Assembly: GCF_964188315.1 (NCBI RefSeq)
Contig: NC_135657.1
Span: forward strand, 76,446,001-76,510,000
Source of the DNA: Podarcis muralis
Taxonomy: Eukaryota
DNA length: 64,000 bases
Direction: 5' to 3'
This document shows, piece after piece, positions 23,848 to 35,010 of this stretch; position 1 is the stretch's first letter, and the number at the start of each line of letters is the position of its first letter. Made by a program: the position numbers and the translations under genes. The notes beneath the pieces were generated by a model. That model was not told the origin of the DNA. It saw nothing but the letters and a program-made list of their open reading frames with translations, and did not search any database.

Positions 23848-24687
23848 TGTCAGAGACTGCCTCCAGGTCCCAGCTCACAGAGGACCCACGCTAGCCAGCG
23901 GTAATATACAAAAGTCTTTATTAAAGTACATTATCCATTTTCAAACCCTAGCGTGCGTCTCTACGTCTAGACACTAGACCGGCGAAGCTCCGTCTGAGTC
24001 TCCGCCCCCTGTACACCAGCTTAAGACTCTAGCCTTACTCCACCTTTTCCGTCTCTCCTTCCGCCTCTGGGTCCTACCACCCCCCGGGGTCCCTTCCTTC
24101 CTGGACGCTTCGGAGGCGGACCCTTCGGACTCTTCCCCCTCCCTTCGGCGGGCTTTAGGACCTGGCTCCCTATCCGGGCTGCTCATTGCGCCACCCTCTT
24201 GTACATTTGAACTTGGCGCGCGCGCGCTGCCTCCGACCTTCCTTTTGACCGTTTCCTCGCTCTCTGATGCAGGCGTGGCTAACCCTGACTCATGTCCTTC
24301 CGCTGACGGAAAGCTGCCTGCTGCCGATGCCTGGGACTCCTCCCCTCTACTGCTCTCCGGTGGGGAAGCTGGTCCCGATTTCCAGCTGCTGCTCTCGGAG
24401 TCCCCTCTGGCCCCTCCTTCCTGAGGTGTTCCCTCTGGCAACCCCCTAGCTCTGACCACGGGAGCCCCTTTCTGTGAATCCTCCGATTCGCTGGAGAGAC
24501 TTAGAGACCTCGGGCGGCTCTCATCGCTCACTTCCCCCTCGGATTCCTCCCCCTCGGTCTCTAATTCCTCCCTTTCCTGTCCCTCTGCTCCTGAGCCCCT
24601 GACATCCACATTCTCCTGTTTCTCTTTCAACAGAGGCCTACAGAAAGGGTGACCTCCCACCCCCTTAACCACTTCCCGCATCTGTCA
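23848..24687 (-). mobile_element. Young solo LTR (840 bp), probably Ty3/gypsy, containing a long ORF
   Basis: Minus strand TGACAGA...TCTGACA with AATAAA ~70 nt before the 3' end. CpG-rich. It abuts the L2 fragment exactly. No TSD. Confidence 0.75.
23974..24681 (-). CDS. LTR-encoded 235-aa acidic, Ser/Gly/Glu-rich ORF with a basic C-terminal motif; function unknown
   Basis: Uninterrupted ATG-to-stop frame starting 7 nt into the LTR. The C-terminal RRKERRKRWSKARVLSW resembles the end of the frame in the 21695 LTR. No expression evidence. Confidence 0.4.
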   Translation of the reverse strand: MREVVKGVGGHPFCRPLLKEKQENVDVRGSGAEGQEREELETEGEESEGEVSDESRPRSLSLSSESEDSQKGAPVVRARGLPEGTPQEGGARGDSESSSWKSGPASPPESSRGEESQASAAGSFPSAEGHESGLATPASESEETVKRKVGGSARAPSSNVQEGGAMSSPDREPGPKARRREGEESEGSASEASRKEGTPGGGRTQRRKERRKRWSKARVLSWCTGGGDSDGASPV

Positions 24688-25900
24688 TGAAGGATCATGG
24701 ATTCCCATACATTTCTAGCTCTCTGTGGCAATGTCTAAGCTGTTCTCTTGGTACACTCCAGTTGCTTTTAATGTGCCTGAGCTTACCCTCTTATAGGTAG
24801 ATTTCTGTGTTTCCTCCAGAATGATTGAAGCAGAGATGCTTGCCTCACGCGGCAGTGGAAAGTCTGTAGTTGATTTGAACATTTGGGGCAGGAGACAGAT
24901 AATGAGGACAGGAAGGCACTGCTGAGATGCTAATTCAATTTTCCCACCCATTCCTCAGTTCACTGCTGATCCTGGGATCTGTTAGTGTGTAACAGTTACA
25001 TAGCTGACCATGTCTGCTCTCTGTCTAGTCAGCCCACAATCTGGATAATGTGTTTCACATTACAGGCCAAGCTATGAGCTCATACTGCTATAGTCATAAG
25101 TCACAAATAACAGATACGCTAATGCTGCCCATTACTTGTGAGTTATTTTTCCTCATTTAAGTGGCCTCCATGTGACAACTGTGGCTCAGCCTGAATTTTC
25201 TTAGAGCTGGAGGACTGAGAGCTATGACCCTTAATCACCAGAGCTGAAGTGATTTTCATATTGGCAGGAGATTTCACTGCTGCTTTAGTACGCTCACATA
25301 GAAATCAAAGGGTGAGTGCTAATTATATACTTATTTCCCCCAATGCTTATGGCTCACTTCTATATATTTAACACCATTTGATAGTAATTTGGCAGGATTC
25401 TTTAGTACCTGCAGTGGGGAACTGCTATTACCTCTATTTTTGACCCAAGAGATTTAAGGCAATAATTCAAAATTGTCAGCAGGTATGCAACCTGTGACTT
25501 ATTTATATAACCCTTAAATATCTGTGTGATGAATACGGAATTTTTCCCTGACTCTCAATTTGCCTCTTAATACCCCAGACATTAATAGTAGGTCAAATGA
25601 ATGATTATTTGTGTGTGTGTGTGTGTGTGTAAAATCAGTGTCAAGTGTGCATGAAAAACCACGCTTCTGCCACAACAACAAAATGCATAAATAGTAGTAG
25701 ATGTGTTGCTTACATAGTTTATAATTGATCTAAAGCTTTAAGATGCTGGAGTATCAAGACTTGAGGGTACCTCACATCAAAAAGAATACTGTGGAGTTGG
25801 AAAATCGAGTCCTCCTCGCAGAGGGCATGTGTTGCGGTGAGATTATCAGGACTGACCTCACTGTTTGTGTGGGTGGGAGTGATTGGATAGCCACAATGTA

Positions 25901-26435
25901 TATGTATAGGCTAAGTAGGCTGAAGCCTAGGGCCTCTAAGCCTAGGGGGCCTAACCAGCCCTCCTGCTCCCCAGCAGGCAGTCTCCCCTCTCCCAAAATT
26001 GCAAACCCAAGACTTCATGCAAGGGCAGGGCAACTCAGGCCCAGCAACTATGAAACTCAGGGCTAGCCAGTGGGGCCCAATTTGAAGCAGTGGGCTGCAA
26101 CTTGAATTTTTTTTTTTTTGGTAGGGCCCCAGTTCACAGCCAAAGTCTGCAAAATCTTATATATATAAATAAAATCCATCGAGATTGCCCTGGTGTGGGG
26201 GCCCCATTACGAGTGGCCTGTGGGGCACAATTTGGCCCAATTGCTCTAATTGCCTTAAGGTCAGCCCTGATGAGACTGTGCAGGGGTTAGACTACACCTT
26301 CTAGGTCCCTGGTGTCACCATTCAGAGTGCAGACTCAAGGACTTGCTATGAAAATAAAATGAGGGCACTTATTGGAAATCAGTTTTGTCACCTTTCCCCC
26401 CCAAAACCCCAGGATGATGAGCCCAGCCACCTTTT
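25901..26435. mobile_element. Second copy of the internal arms of the 13448-15778 hAT element, without its nested MITE and LTR
   Basis: 25901-26161 aligns with 13458-13715, and 26162-26435 with 14730-15008, at roughly 85-90% identity by eye. Confidence 0.9.
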
Positions 26436-26879
26436 ATTCACAGTCGCGTAAGCACTACACTACAGCATGGCCATAAACTTGTACGTTCAACTGCTGAAAT
26501 ATACACCCAATATGTAGCAATGGAGATTTTTGTTTCTGCTTTATGAATGAACATGGTATTTTATGAATGGACTCTGTATTTTGTGAATTACCTAAGAGCC
26601 ACCAATAGGGAGCTCTAGAATCTGACAGCTAACCAATTGGGTACTACCAAACAGTGACCCCTATTGCTGAAAGCAAGTAACCAGCAGGTTGACTGATGAC
26701 CCCCTGCTGTGCAGATAATGGAGAAAGCTCGTAAATTGTATCCCTTCTGGCATCCTGGCCAACTCTATTACGCTGGTGTAAACCCTGTTGCACCAGAAGC
26801 ACAGAATAGCAGCAAATAAAATCCACTCATACATCAGCGACTGATAAGACTTGGCAACCAGTTCTTCCAAAGTCTTCCT

Positions 26880-27010
26880 AAATTATAAAGCTCCAAAATA
26901 CAGGCCAAAAGAGAGCAGGTCTGGGAAGAGCGAGGCATACAATGGGCACCACCAGTGAAAAGGCCCTGCTCCGTGTAGCTCCTGCCCTGTCATTTGATAG
27001 GATGCCCACT
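26880..27010 (-). mobile_element. L2 3' fragment
   Basis: Minus strand acacggagcagggccttttcactggtggtgccc, frame TRSRAFSLVVP, typical of the L2 ORF2 end. Confidence 0.6.
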
Positions 27011-27254
27011 TGCCCTCCTTCTTGGCATGGAATGCTGTCTATTGGAGTCTCCAGGTCCAGTACAAAGACCATAAGAAGGGAGAGCAGGGACCTTGAAGTT
27101 CCCAACAGCGGTCAAGCAAGCAAGCACGCACGCATGCACACAGGTCACCTTCATCACAGTCAGGATGCCTATGTCCTGGCCAGGTCTGCACCCAACCTTG
27201 TTTTTGTACAATCTTGTTTGTCCTCAGTAACCAATATTATATTATCAACATATA

Positions 27255-27513
27255 CAAGCAGAAAAGTTGTTTTCCTTCATTTGCAAGGAATCGTACAAAA
27301 CAAAGTGGCACTAATAAAGAAAAGTTCCAGGGTGGCAACAGAAAGCAAACTAAACATGCTTTTGCAGTTCATCAAAACTATCCAGCAATATCAAGTTATA
27401 GAAAAACTGGTGCTATTAACAATAATCCTTCTAGTTGGTTAATTGGTTCTGCAACTTCCATGCACATGATGCGTGATGCTAATTATTTCTCCCAAGAGTT
27501 AAATGATAAGTAA
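27255..27513 (+). pseudogene. Ty1/copia gag-knuckle / protease relic
   Basis: KSCF..FARNR (eroded CCHC knuckle) followed by SWLIGSATSMHMMRDANYFSQEL, matching the copia protease motif W(I/L)LDSGA(S/T)xHM. Confidence 0.7.
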
Positions 27514-28170
27514 TCAGAGGCAGCTACAGGAGAGCTGTGAGATTCAGGTGAGGTTCAGATGCCTTGTCAATCCCAGCAGGTATATAAGAGGATGACCCGG
27601 CCTGCCGAGTGACATGATAGGAGTTTATAAAATTATGCACAGCACAGACAGAGAAAAGTTGTTTTACCTCTCTCATATTACTAGAACTGATGCACATCCA
27701 ATGGAGATGAATGTTGGAAGATTTGGGACAGATAAAATGAAAGGGTTTACAGTATTTTTTTTTTTGGGGGGGGGGGTTTAACACAGTGCATAGTTATACT
27801 ATTTAAGTATAGAACTTGCTCCCACAGGAGGCAGAGATGGCCCACCAACTTGGGTGGCTTTCAAAGAGGATGAGACAAATTCATGAATGGCAGTGCTGTC
27901 AGGAGCTACCAGTCACAATGTCTTATCTTGTTCTAACTCCACTATCAGAGGCAATATGTGGTGGGCAGAATGTCATTGTGCTCATATCCTGCTTGGAGGC
28001 TTCCCACAGACATTTGGTTGGCCACTGTGAGAACAGGATGCTGGACTAGATGGGGCTGGACCAGCAGGCTCATCTTGTGGGATGGTTTTAATAGATAGGA
28101 GAGGATATCTTAATTGACATTTCTCCCTCCAGGTGACCACATGCGTGGGTTGAACAGAGTAAAGTCCTAC

Positions 28171-28405
28171 CAAACTACAAGAAAGAAGATTCCACCTAAA
28201 CATTAGGAAGAACTTCCTGACAGTAAGACCTGTTCGACAGTGGAATTTGCTGCCAAGGAGTGTGGTGGAGTCTCCTTCTTTGGAGGTCTTTAAGCAGAGG
28301 CTTGACAACCATATGTCAGGAGTTCTCTGATGGTGTTTCCTGCTTGACAGGGGGTTGGACTCGATGGCCCTTGTGGTCTATTCCAACTCTATGATTCTAT
28401 GATTC
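28171..28405 (+). mobile_element. CR1 3' end, younger family
   Basis: aagattccacctaaacattaggaagaacttcctgacagtaag...gggggttggactcgatggccc..ttccaactct(atgattct)n. Confidence 0.92.
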
Positions 28406-28696
28406 ATTAGAAGCAAAATGATTTAAATTAAGTCCAGCTGCAAAACAAACTGACTTATGCTTTCATACTGCTGATTAACAAAGAATCAGACAACAGAGCT
28501 TAAAATATGATTTACTTACTTATAGCCTTGCATTGGTTCTTAGCTACAGCAACATTAAAAATTATGCAGATAAAATACTTATATTTACAGGAAAAGCAGC
28601 CTCTGGCATGTGCCTGAGTTGGAGGAAGTGGACATACATTGCCCTGCATAGCTGGTTGAAGAAAGAGAGAGGGGGAAATGAACAGGAAATCACTAT

Positions 28697-28830
28697 ATCA
28701 TAGAATCATAGAGTTGGAAGGGCCACGAGGGTCATCTAATCTAACCCCCTGCAATGCAGGAGTCTTTTGCCCAAAGTGGGACTCCAACCCATGACTGAGA
28801 TTAAGAGTCTCATGCTCTACCAACTGAGCT
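28697..28830 (-). mobile_element. Short SINE: tRNA-Lys(CTT)-derived head fused to a CR1 tail
   Basis: Minus strand AGCTCAGTTGGTAGAGCATGAGACTCTTAATCTCAG..TGGGTTGGAGTCCCACTTTGGGC is tRNA-Lys-like. It is followed by cctgcattgcagggggttagattagatgaccc..ttccaactctatgattctatgat. Confidence 0.85.
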
Positions 28831-29017
28831 CCTTCCCACTCTGGAGAGGAGGCAAAATGACATCACACAGAGGCCTGTGTGATGTACTTCAGTGGTCTGT
28901 GTCTCTGCCTGTCAGCAATATACCACTGAGACACTGGAGAGTTGCTGCAGCAATATAGCTCTGTGGCTGTCAGCCCCTAAACTTACCAGCTAGCAAGAAT
29001 ATGCATTGTTGGATTTG

Positions 29018-29177
29018 AATAATAATAATAATAATAATAATTTATTATTTATACCTCGCCCACCTGGTTGGGTTTCCCCAGCCACTCTGGGCGGCTTCCA
29101 ACAAAATATTAAAATAAAATAGTCTGTCAAACATTAAAAGCTTCCCTAAACAGGGCTGCCTTCAGATGTCTTCTAAA
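29018..29177 (-). mobile_element. L2-type LINE 3' tail
   Basis: (aat)n then ttatacctcgcccacctggttgggtttccccagccactctgggcggctt...cagggctgccttcagatgtcttcta. Confidence 0.88.
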
Positions 29178-29260
29178 ACTCATATGATCTCCCACATAAC
29201 TTATGTTTATGCTCTTATGTGTTTTAGCTGATACTCAAGGCTTTATCCCCCCCCCCCAGT

Positions 29261-29925
29261 TTCTTTTTTTTAATAATGTTTTTTATTGAGTTTTACATTT
29301 TATCATAATAACATCATATCAAATAACAAAAGAAAGACAATCCCCCAATTTCCCCCTTCCCCCCAGGACTTCCCTCAACTTCCTCCTCTGGTTATTTACA
29401 TATCAACTTTTCCTGCTTGTTTTGTTATCTCTTAATGTAAAGTTCTTTAAATTCAGTATTGTTTTGCTCTTGTCATCCTAACATCATCTTTGTGATTTCT
29501 ATACAGTATTCGTTTTGATAATTGTGTTTACTCAAATCCTGCTAGTGAGTCCATGTTTTTACATTGTTTCTGTAGATATAGCATAAACAGCTCCCGGTCT
29601 TTTTAAAAATCTCTGTTGTCCTTGTCTCCGAGTCTTTCAGTTAGATTCGCCATTTCAGCATATTCCACCAGTTTTTCTTGCCATTCTTCTTTAGTTCAGC
29701 ACTTTCTCATCTTTGGACTAGTGATATCCTAGCCGTGGTTGTAGCATACATAAAAAGTTCCTTCTTTTCCTTTGGCAGTTCTTGACCTGAAATGTCTAGT
29801 AAAATATCTTCTGGTCTTTTAACAAAGGTCATCTTTAACATTTTTTTCATTTCATTATACATCATTTCCCAATAATTTTTAATTATTTTACAATTCCACC
29901 ACAAATGAAAAAACGTGCCTCCCCC
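29261..29925 (-). mobile_element. L1 LINE 3' fragment
   Basis: Minus frame GTFFHLWWNCKIIKNYW...ELFMYATTTAR..EEWQEKLVEYAEMA matches the L1 ORF2 Cys-rich C-terminus. Poly-T at the left end. Confidence 0.88.
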
Positions 29926-32780
29926 CCCCCCCACACTTCCAACACTTACTGGAGCCTGTTCTATACTTGTTTGCCATTTTTGCTGGTGTGATATACCATC
30001 AATATATCATTTTCATATAATTCTCTTTTAGTAATATGCAGTCAGAAAATTTTAAATTCACTTTCCATAATATTCCCAGCCTTCCATTTGTATATTATGT
30101 CCTAAATCTTGTGCCAACAATCTCCCCTCCTCCCTCAGTTTCAAGTCTCTGCTTTTGGCCACAAGGCTTGTGCAACAGGGCAAGAGGAGAGAGCTTTTCC
30201 TACCTTCCTTCCTTTGCCCTAAACAGAGACAGAAGAAACCACTGACTCAGGCACAAAGCTAGTGCTTCAAGACATAAAAATTAGGTTTAGGGAAAATTTA
30301 CTCTTGTTAGTTCTGCTCCTGCTCAACGCTCTTCCTTCATCTCTGCACTTGAAAAAGCCACATGTACAGTGCTCTTGCTCTGCTTAAACTTGATCACCAC
30401 ATCAGGCCTGATGCTGAAGGACACATGAGCAATCAAATTAATTACTGTTATTGTTGTTATAGCACTGACATTGGAAACTGGATATATGGTGGGAATCAGG
30501 TAGTAATAACTGTACTTCCAAGGCAGAGAGCCCCACAGTCTATGAGTATGCTTCATTTAAGCAAGACCTTCTACCCATAGCTAAAAGATGTACTTTGGGG
30601 CCAGGAAGACACTGTTGCTGCTTACAACTGATCCACAAGTACCAGGAAATTTGATACATGGTTGTTGATCACTACATCAAAGATTGCATTTTAAAACTAG
30701 TGCAGTAAGGTCAGTATTATTCACTAGCTAAATATGTATTTAATTTAATTCTCCGGCCAAAGCAGAATTGAATTTGTTATGCTCTTGTTGGCTCTATCTT
30801 ATTTACATTTGACCCGATTTGATTAACAGTGTGCTTCTTTCAAATCTGGCACCCATACTGAGAAACGTCTTTGACATATTAAGAATTATGTCATTGTACA
30901 ATTTATGACCCAGCATTCTAGCAGGCATGGAATCATCGGCTCCTTGCAGCATTATGAATAGGAAACCCAAGCAAGGGCTTGTTTTCTTTAATTATTGAAT
31001 TGATATAAATTAGAATTAGCATGGTGGTTGGAATGTAATTACATAGCCATACAATCATTTATTTTGTGTTAATTCACCATGTCCAATTTTCCTGCATTAA
31101 CCCCTACCCAGCACATTATGACCTGGCATTATGCAGTAGTAATAACAGGTCCTTGATCCCCCCCCTTTCCTCCTCCTCCTCCTCCTGCTCCTTTGTAATT
31201 ACCTAAACCTAAGATTTGGGGAGGGGGTAGAGATGGGGGGGATTATTTGTTCAACTTTATTAATAAGACTTTAGAATCTTGCTGCTAAAAAAAAATTGCC
31301 TCAATTTGCTAACATTTTCCATTACTAAATGTATCTGTATTTAAATTTATTTTAATTAACTGGAGCCTGCTGTTTCAAAAAGCAGTAGTAACAACTGAAA
31401 TGAGGAGTAAACAGGAATTCCAACAGAGATATTTCATGCAAAGAGTACTAGGGATACAGAATATAAATTGCCAAGCGCATTGATGCAAACAGTATAAATG
31501 AATATCTGGGGAGAGAGAAGGGAAGAATTAAAGCGGCAGTGACTTTGCTTGAGGGTGAACTTTTAAACTTATTTAAAGAGTGGACATGTTGATTGAAGCA
31601 GCTGGTGGTGTTTGGCATTGTTGGTATTTCCTTCTGCCTTGCCGGTCTCTGTTGTGACGCTGTGTGGTTTGAAAAGCCAAGGAACCACAGAGAGGGGACA
31701 CAACAGTCCATGATGGTCGTTTGCATATACAGATCACAACAGCAAATATGTTGAGAAGGACTTGTTCTTTCATTTGATGATTGCAGTTCAAGGTGAGCCT
31801 AGCAGTGTGTGGCTTCTGTCCTCCTGCAGGAAATAAAACAGGGCAGTCTAAACATGAAGCACATTGTGGAACCTCTAGTCTGTGCCCACTAGATACACCA
31901 CCCTACACACCCCCACCCACCCACCCACCATCTATGACACAGTGAATGAATTTTAATTAGCAACTTAATCTTTTCTAAGCATCGTTCCAGTTGGCAGAAT
32001 ACCCTCAAAACCCTCACAGCACACGGAGCTGAGTTAGGCATTTCTTTGTATATGTTTACTTACCTTTTTTTTGAGATTCAAGGTCTTCTTAAAAATTCCC
32101 TCTAATGCCATCATCAAGATACTTTGTCTACTAATTGAAGAGGGAAAATACTGGCCTATTACCAAATCCCTTTTGTCTCTAACTGGTAAATGTGCCCTGT
32201 CCAGCACATCCTGTTTAATGTGTAGAATAAAACTTCCATAGAGATTGGAATTCGGTAAAATAATAGTTTTCAAACTGTGCTCTGGGGGAACTTAGAGGTT
32301 CCTCAATGAGAACATCAGTAATACCAGACAAGCATCCCTGAGGTATAGCTTGCTTATTTACAAAGCCACTGCAAAGTTTTGCGTGTGTTCCAGGGCACAG
32401 TCCCTGTTCAAAGGGAGCAACAGGAATATCTTGATTAGGTACAAAGTGGCTGTACACCCAGAATCCTGTCCAGGAAGATGCTGAAGATTCCTTAGAAGGC
32501 AAATGGATGTGGAAAGTGTTTGCTAGTTTGAAAGCGCTGCTTTAGGATGTATTTCATGTGGGAAAGCCTGGATAATGACATCAGTGAAGTGCAGCACTAA
32601 CAGCGGTAGTGGCTGGTGCTTGTTGGTGGGACCAAAGGCACAGAGGCCAACAGTAGATGGAGCCAGAGCCAATGGCAGGCAGAGCCAACTGATTCTAGCT
32701 TTGTGCCCATAGTCCTCCCTACTGAGTTCTTTGGGGACTAAGGAGGAAGAAGTTCACAAACAGTGCCACCCACTGGACTA

Positions 32781-33149
32781 AAAAGGTAAAGGTAAAGGAC
32801 GCTTGACAATTAAGTCCAGTTGCGAACAACTCTAGGGTTGTGCACTCATCTCGCTTTACTGGCCGAGGGAGCTGACGTTTGTCCGCAGACAACTTTTCTG
32901 GATCATGTGGCCAGCATGACTAAGCCGCTTCTGGAGAAACCAGAGCAGCACACAGAAACACCGTTTACCTTCCCGCCGGAGCGGTACCTATTTATCTACT
33001 TTTACTTTGAAGTGCTTTCGAACTGCTAGGTTGGCAGGACCTGGGACTGAACAATGGGAGCTCACCCCGTCGCAGGCATTCGAACCTCCGACCTTCTGAT
33101 TGGCAAGCCCTAGACTCAGTGGTTTAGACCACAGCACCACTCGCTTCCC
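32781..33149 (-). mobile_element. Sauria-type SINE
   Basis: Full body. TSD ctggacta (32773-32780, 33150-33157). Confidence 0.93.
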
Positions 33150-33264
33150 CTGGACTAGTTGTCAGTAAAAAGGCAGGCAGGTGAGTGGCGGTGGTGAGTG
33201 GTGGTGGAGGTTAGAGTGATGTTGGTGGAGCAGTGTCTCGTTCACCTTAATGGAATGATGCTTA

Positions 33265-33635
33265 CCTTCTAGTCAGGCATCTTTGCAGGATGGTGCCGGC
33301 ACCAGCCCAGGATCCGAAGGGTGCGCTAGAGACAAGGGGGTTTTCTGGGCTGGCATGAACCCTCTCTGGCTTCACACAGACCCAGGAAGTGGACTGCAGC
33401 ACTCCTCAAGGTAGCAACCGTGCAAGGAGTACCTACTTGATGTGTGTTCCCTTTGGCTTGGATTAACCCCCAAATGACATACCTCAACAGGCAGGCTGAT
33501 TGTCAAACGATTTCCCAATGCCTTGCCGGACCCTTCATCTGTAATCAATAAAGTTGTGGCCTGATTTGACCCATGCAACGTCTCCTGTGTAATAATTGAG
33601 ATTGGCCCTGGGTGCTGGGGGTGCCTGGCTCATGC
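33265..33635 (+). mobile_element. LTR remnant related to the 13939-14726 element
   Basis: tgtaatcaataaagttgtggcct is the exact reverse complement of 14017-14039. Boundaries uncertain. Confidence 0.5.
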
Positions 33636-34484
33636 AATGAGCTCCTCTCATTCAAAGCAGTTCTATATACAAAAAGAACCTAAGTCAGAGATATTAGTAG
33701 AGCTGAAAGCAGGATTGCGGTTGCATAATGCAAGAAAGCCAGCTCATTCTTTGCTTTTTACCGAGGTAAGGTGCTGCCTAGAAACAACCCCATGACTTTT
33801 GATGAAATAGGATTTCTTCATTTTCCTCTTCCGAAGGAAAGCGCATACACATATTGATGCACACAAATGCTATTATCCTTTCTCCACAGTCAATTACAAC
33901 CTCTTAACTTCTTCCAATAGTCTAATTCTTCTTCCCCTCTCAACTGTCAGCCACCCTCCAAGTTTCTAGGCTAGGTTCTCTAGCAGGCTTGCTCTCCTGA
34001 GAAATTATTACAGTTCAGGAGAGTCAGCAATAATCTCTAGCTACTTTGTTGTGCGCATTTAACACTGTGACATGTTATTCAGACTATATATAATTGCTGG
34101 TCCATTAATCACCAAATGGCTGCTTGGTCACAGGAGGTTTGTAGATGGATTGTCAGACAGCCAGATAGTAGAGGCTTGATGTTGAAAGTGGCAAAGGAGA
34201 TTTGAATATTAGGACTTGGATCCAAAGATATACTCTGGGTGTCCCCAAGGGTTTGCGTGTGCCCAGTGTATTTTATTATTATTATTATTCGTTTGCTGAA
34301 TGGAAGATTCTAATGCTCCCCTTTTACATCAGCTAATTGGTGATAATTGCTGGGGGAAAGAGAGATGGGTGTGCTTTGAGGAGGAAAGGGGAGAGCCAAA
34401 GGGCCCAGTGATATTCTGTGGCCAAGGCCCCCCATCTGGCATGGTCAGTGGTTAGAGATTATCGAAGTCGCAGTCCAACCACAC

Positions 34485-35010
34485 AGAACCATAGAATTGT
34501 AGAGTTGGAAGGGATTCAAAGGGTCATCTAGTCTAATCCCCTGCTGCAAGAATCACAGCTAAAGAATCCCTGACAGATGGTTGCCCAACCTCTACTTAAA
34601 AACCTCCAATGAAGGAGAGTCCACCACCTTCTGAGATAATCTATTCCACTGTCAAACAACTCTTTCTGTCAGAAAGTTCTTCCTAATGTTTTGTTGGAAG
34701 TTCCTTTCTTGTAATTGGAATTCATTGGCTACAAAACTGGATACAGAACTGGTTCTGACCAAGGCAGGCTAGAGCAGCCCTATGACTTCCCTTGATCTGG
34801 ACTGTTGATGCAGCCTAGAATTGCATTAGGGTTTTTTTGTGCTGCTATTTTACACTGTTGATTTGTGTTAAGCTTGTGGTCTACTAAGACTCATAGATCC
34901 ATTTCACACGTCCTTCTGTCAAGGCATTCTTGTAGAACTTTGCATTTGTCCCTAATGAAATTCATTTTGTTAGTTTTGACCCAGTTCTCCAATCTGTTAA
35001 AGTCAGATTG
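34485..35010 (-). mobile_element. CR1 LINE fragment with internal deletions
   Basis: catagaattgtagagttggaaggg tail. Frame LQSDFNRLENWVKTNKMNFIRDKCKVL is from the CR1 RT C-terminal region. Confidence 0.88.

Larger units (their letters stand above)
25745..28075 (+). mobile_element. CR1 LINE 3' region split by a 1.8-kb mosaic insertion (pieces ~25745-25805 and 27606-28075)
   Basis: cctcacatcaaaaagaatactgtggagttggaaaa upstream. Downstream gagtgacatgataggagtttataaaattatgca...tggttggccactgtgagaacaggatgctggactagatggg. Confidence 0.75.

Noticed and set aside
24820-24925. Strong splice acceptor followed by MIEAEMLASRGSGKS (Walker-A-like)
   Set aside because: The frame stops after 34 codons, there is no good donor, and no other NTPase motifs follow.
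28770-28830. Functional tRNA-Lys gene
   Set aside because: The T-arm/variable region is mutated, and it is fused to a CR1 tail, so it is a SINE head.
30362-30580. ALALLKLDHH resembles the trypsin DIALLKL motif
   Set aside because: The catalytic Asp is absent, there is a stop just upstream, and no other protease exons are visible.
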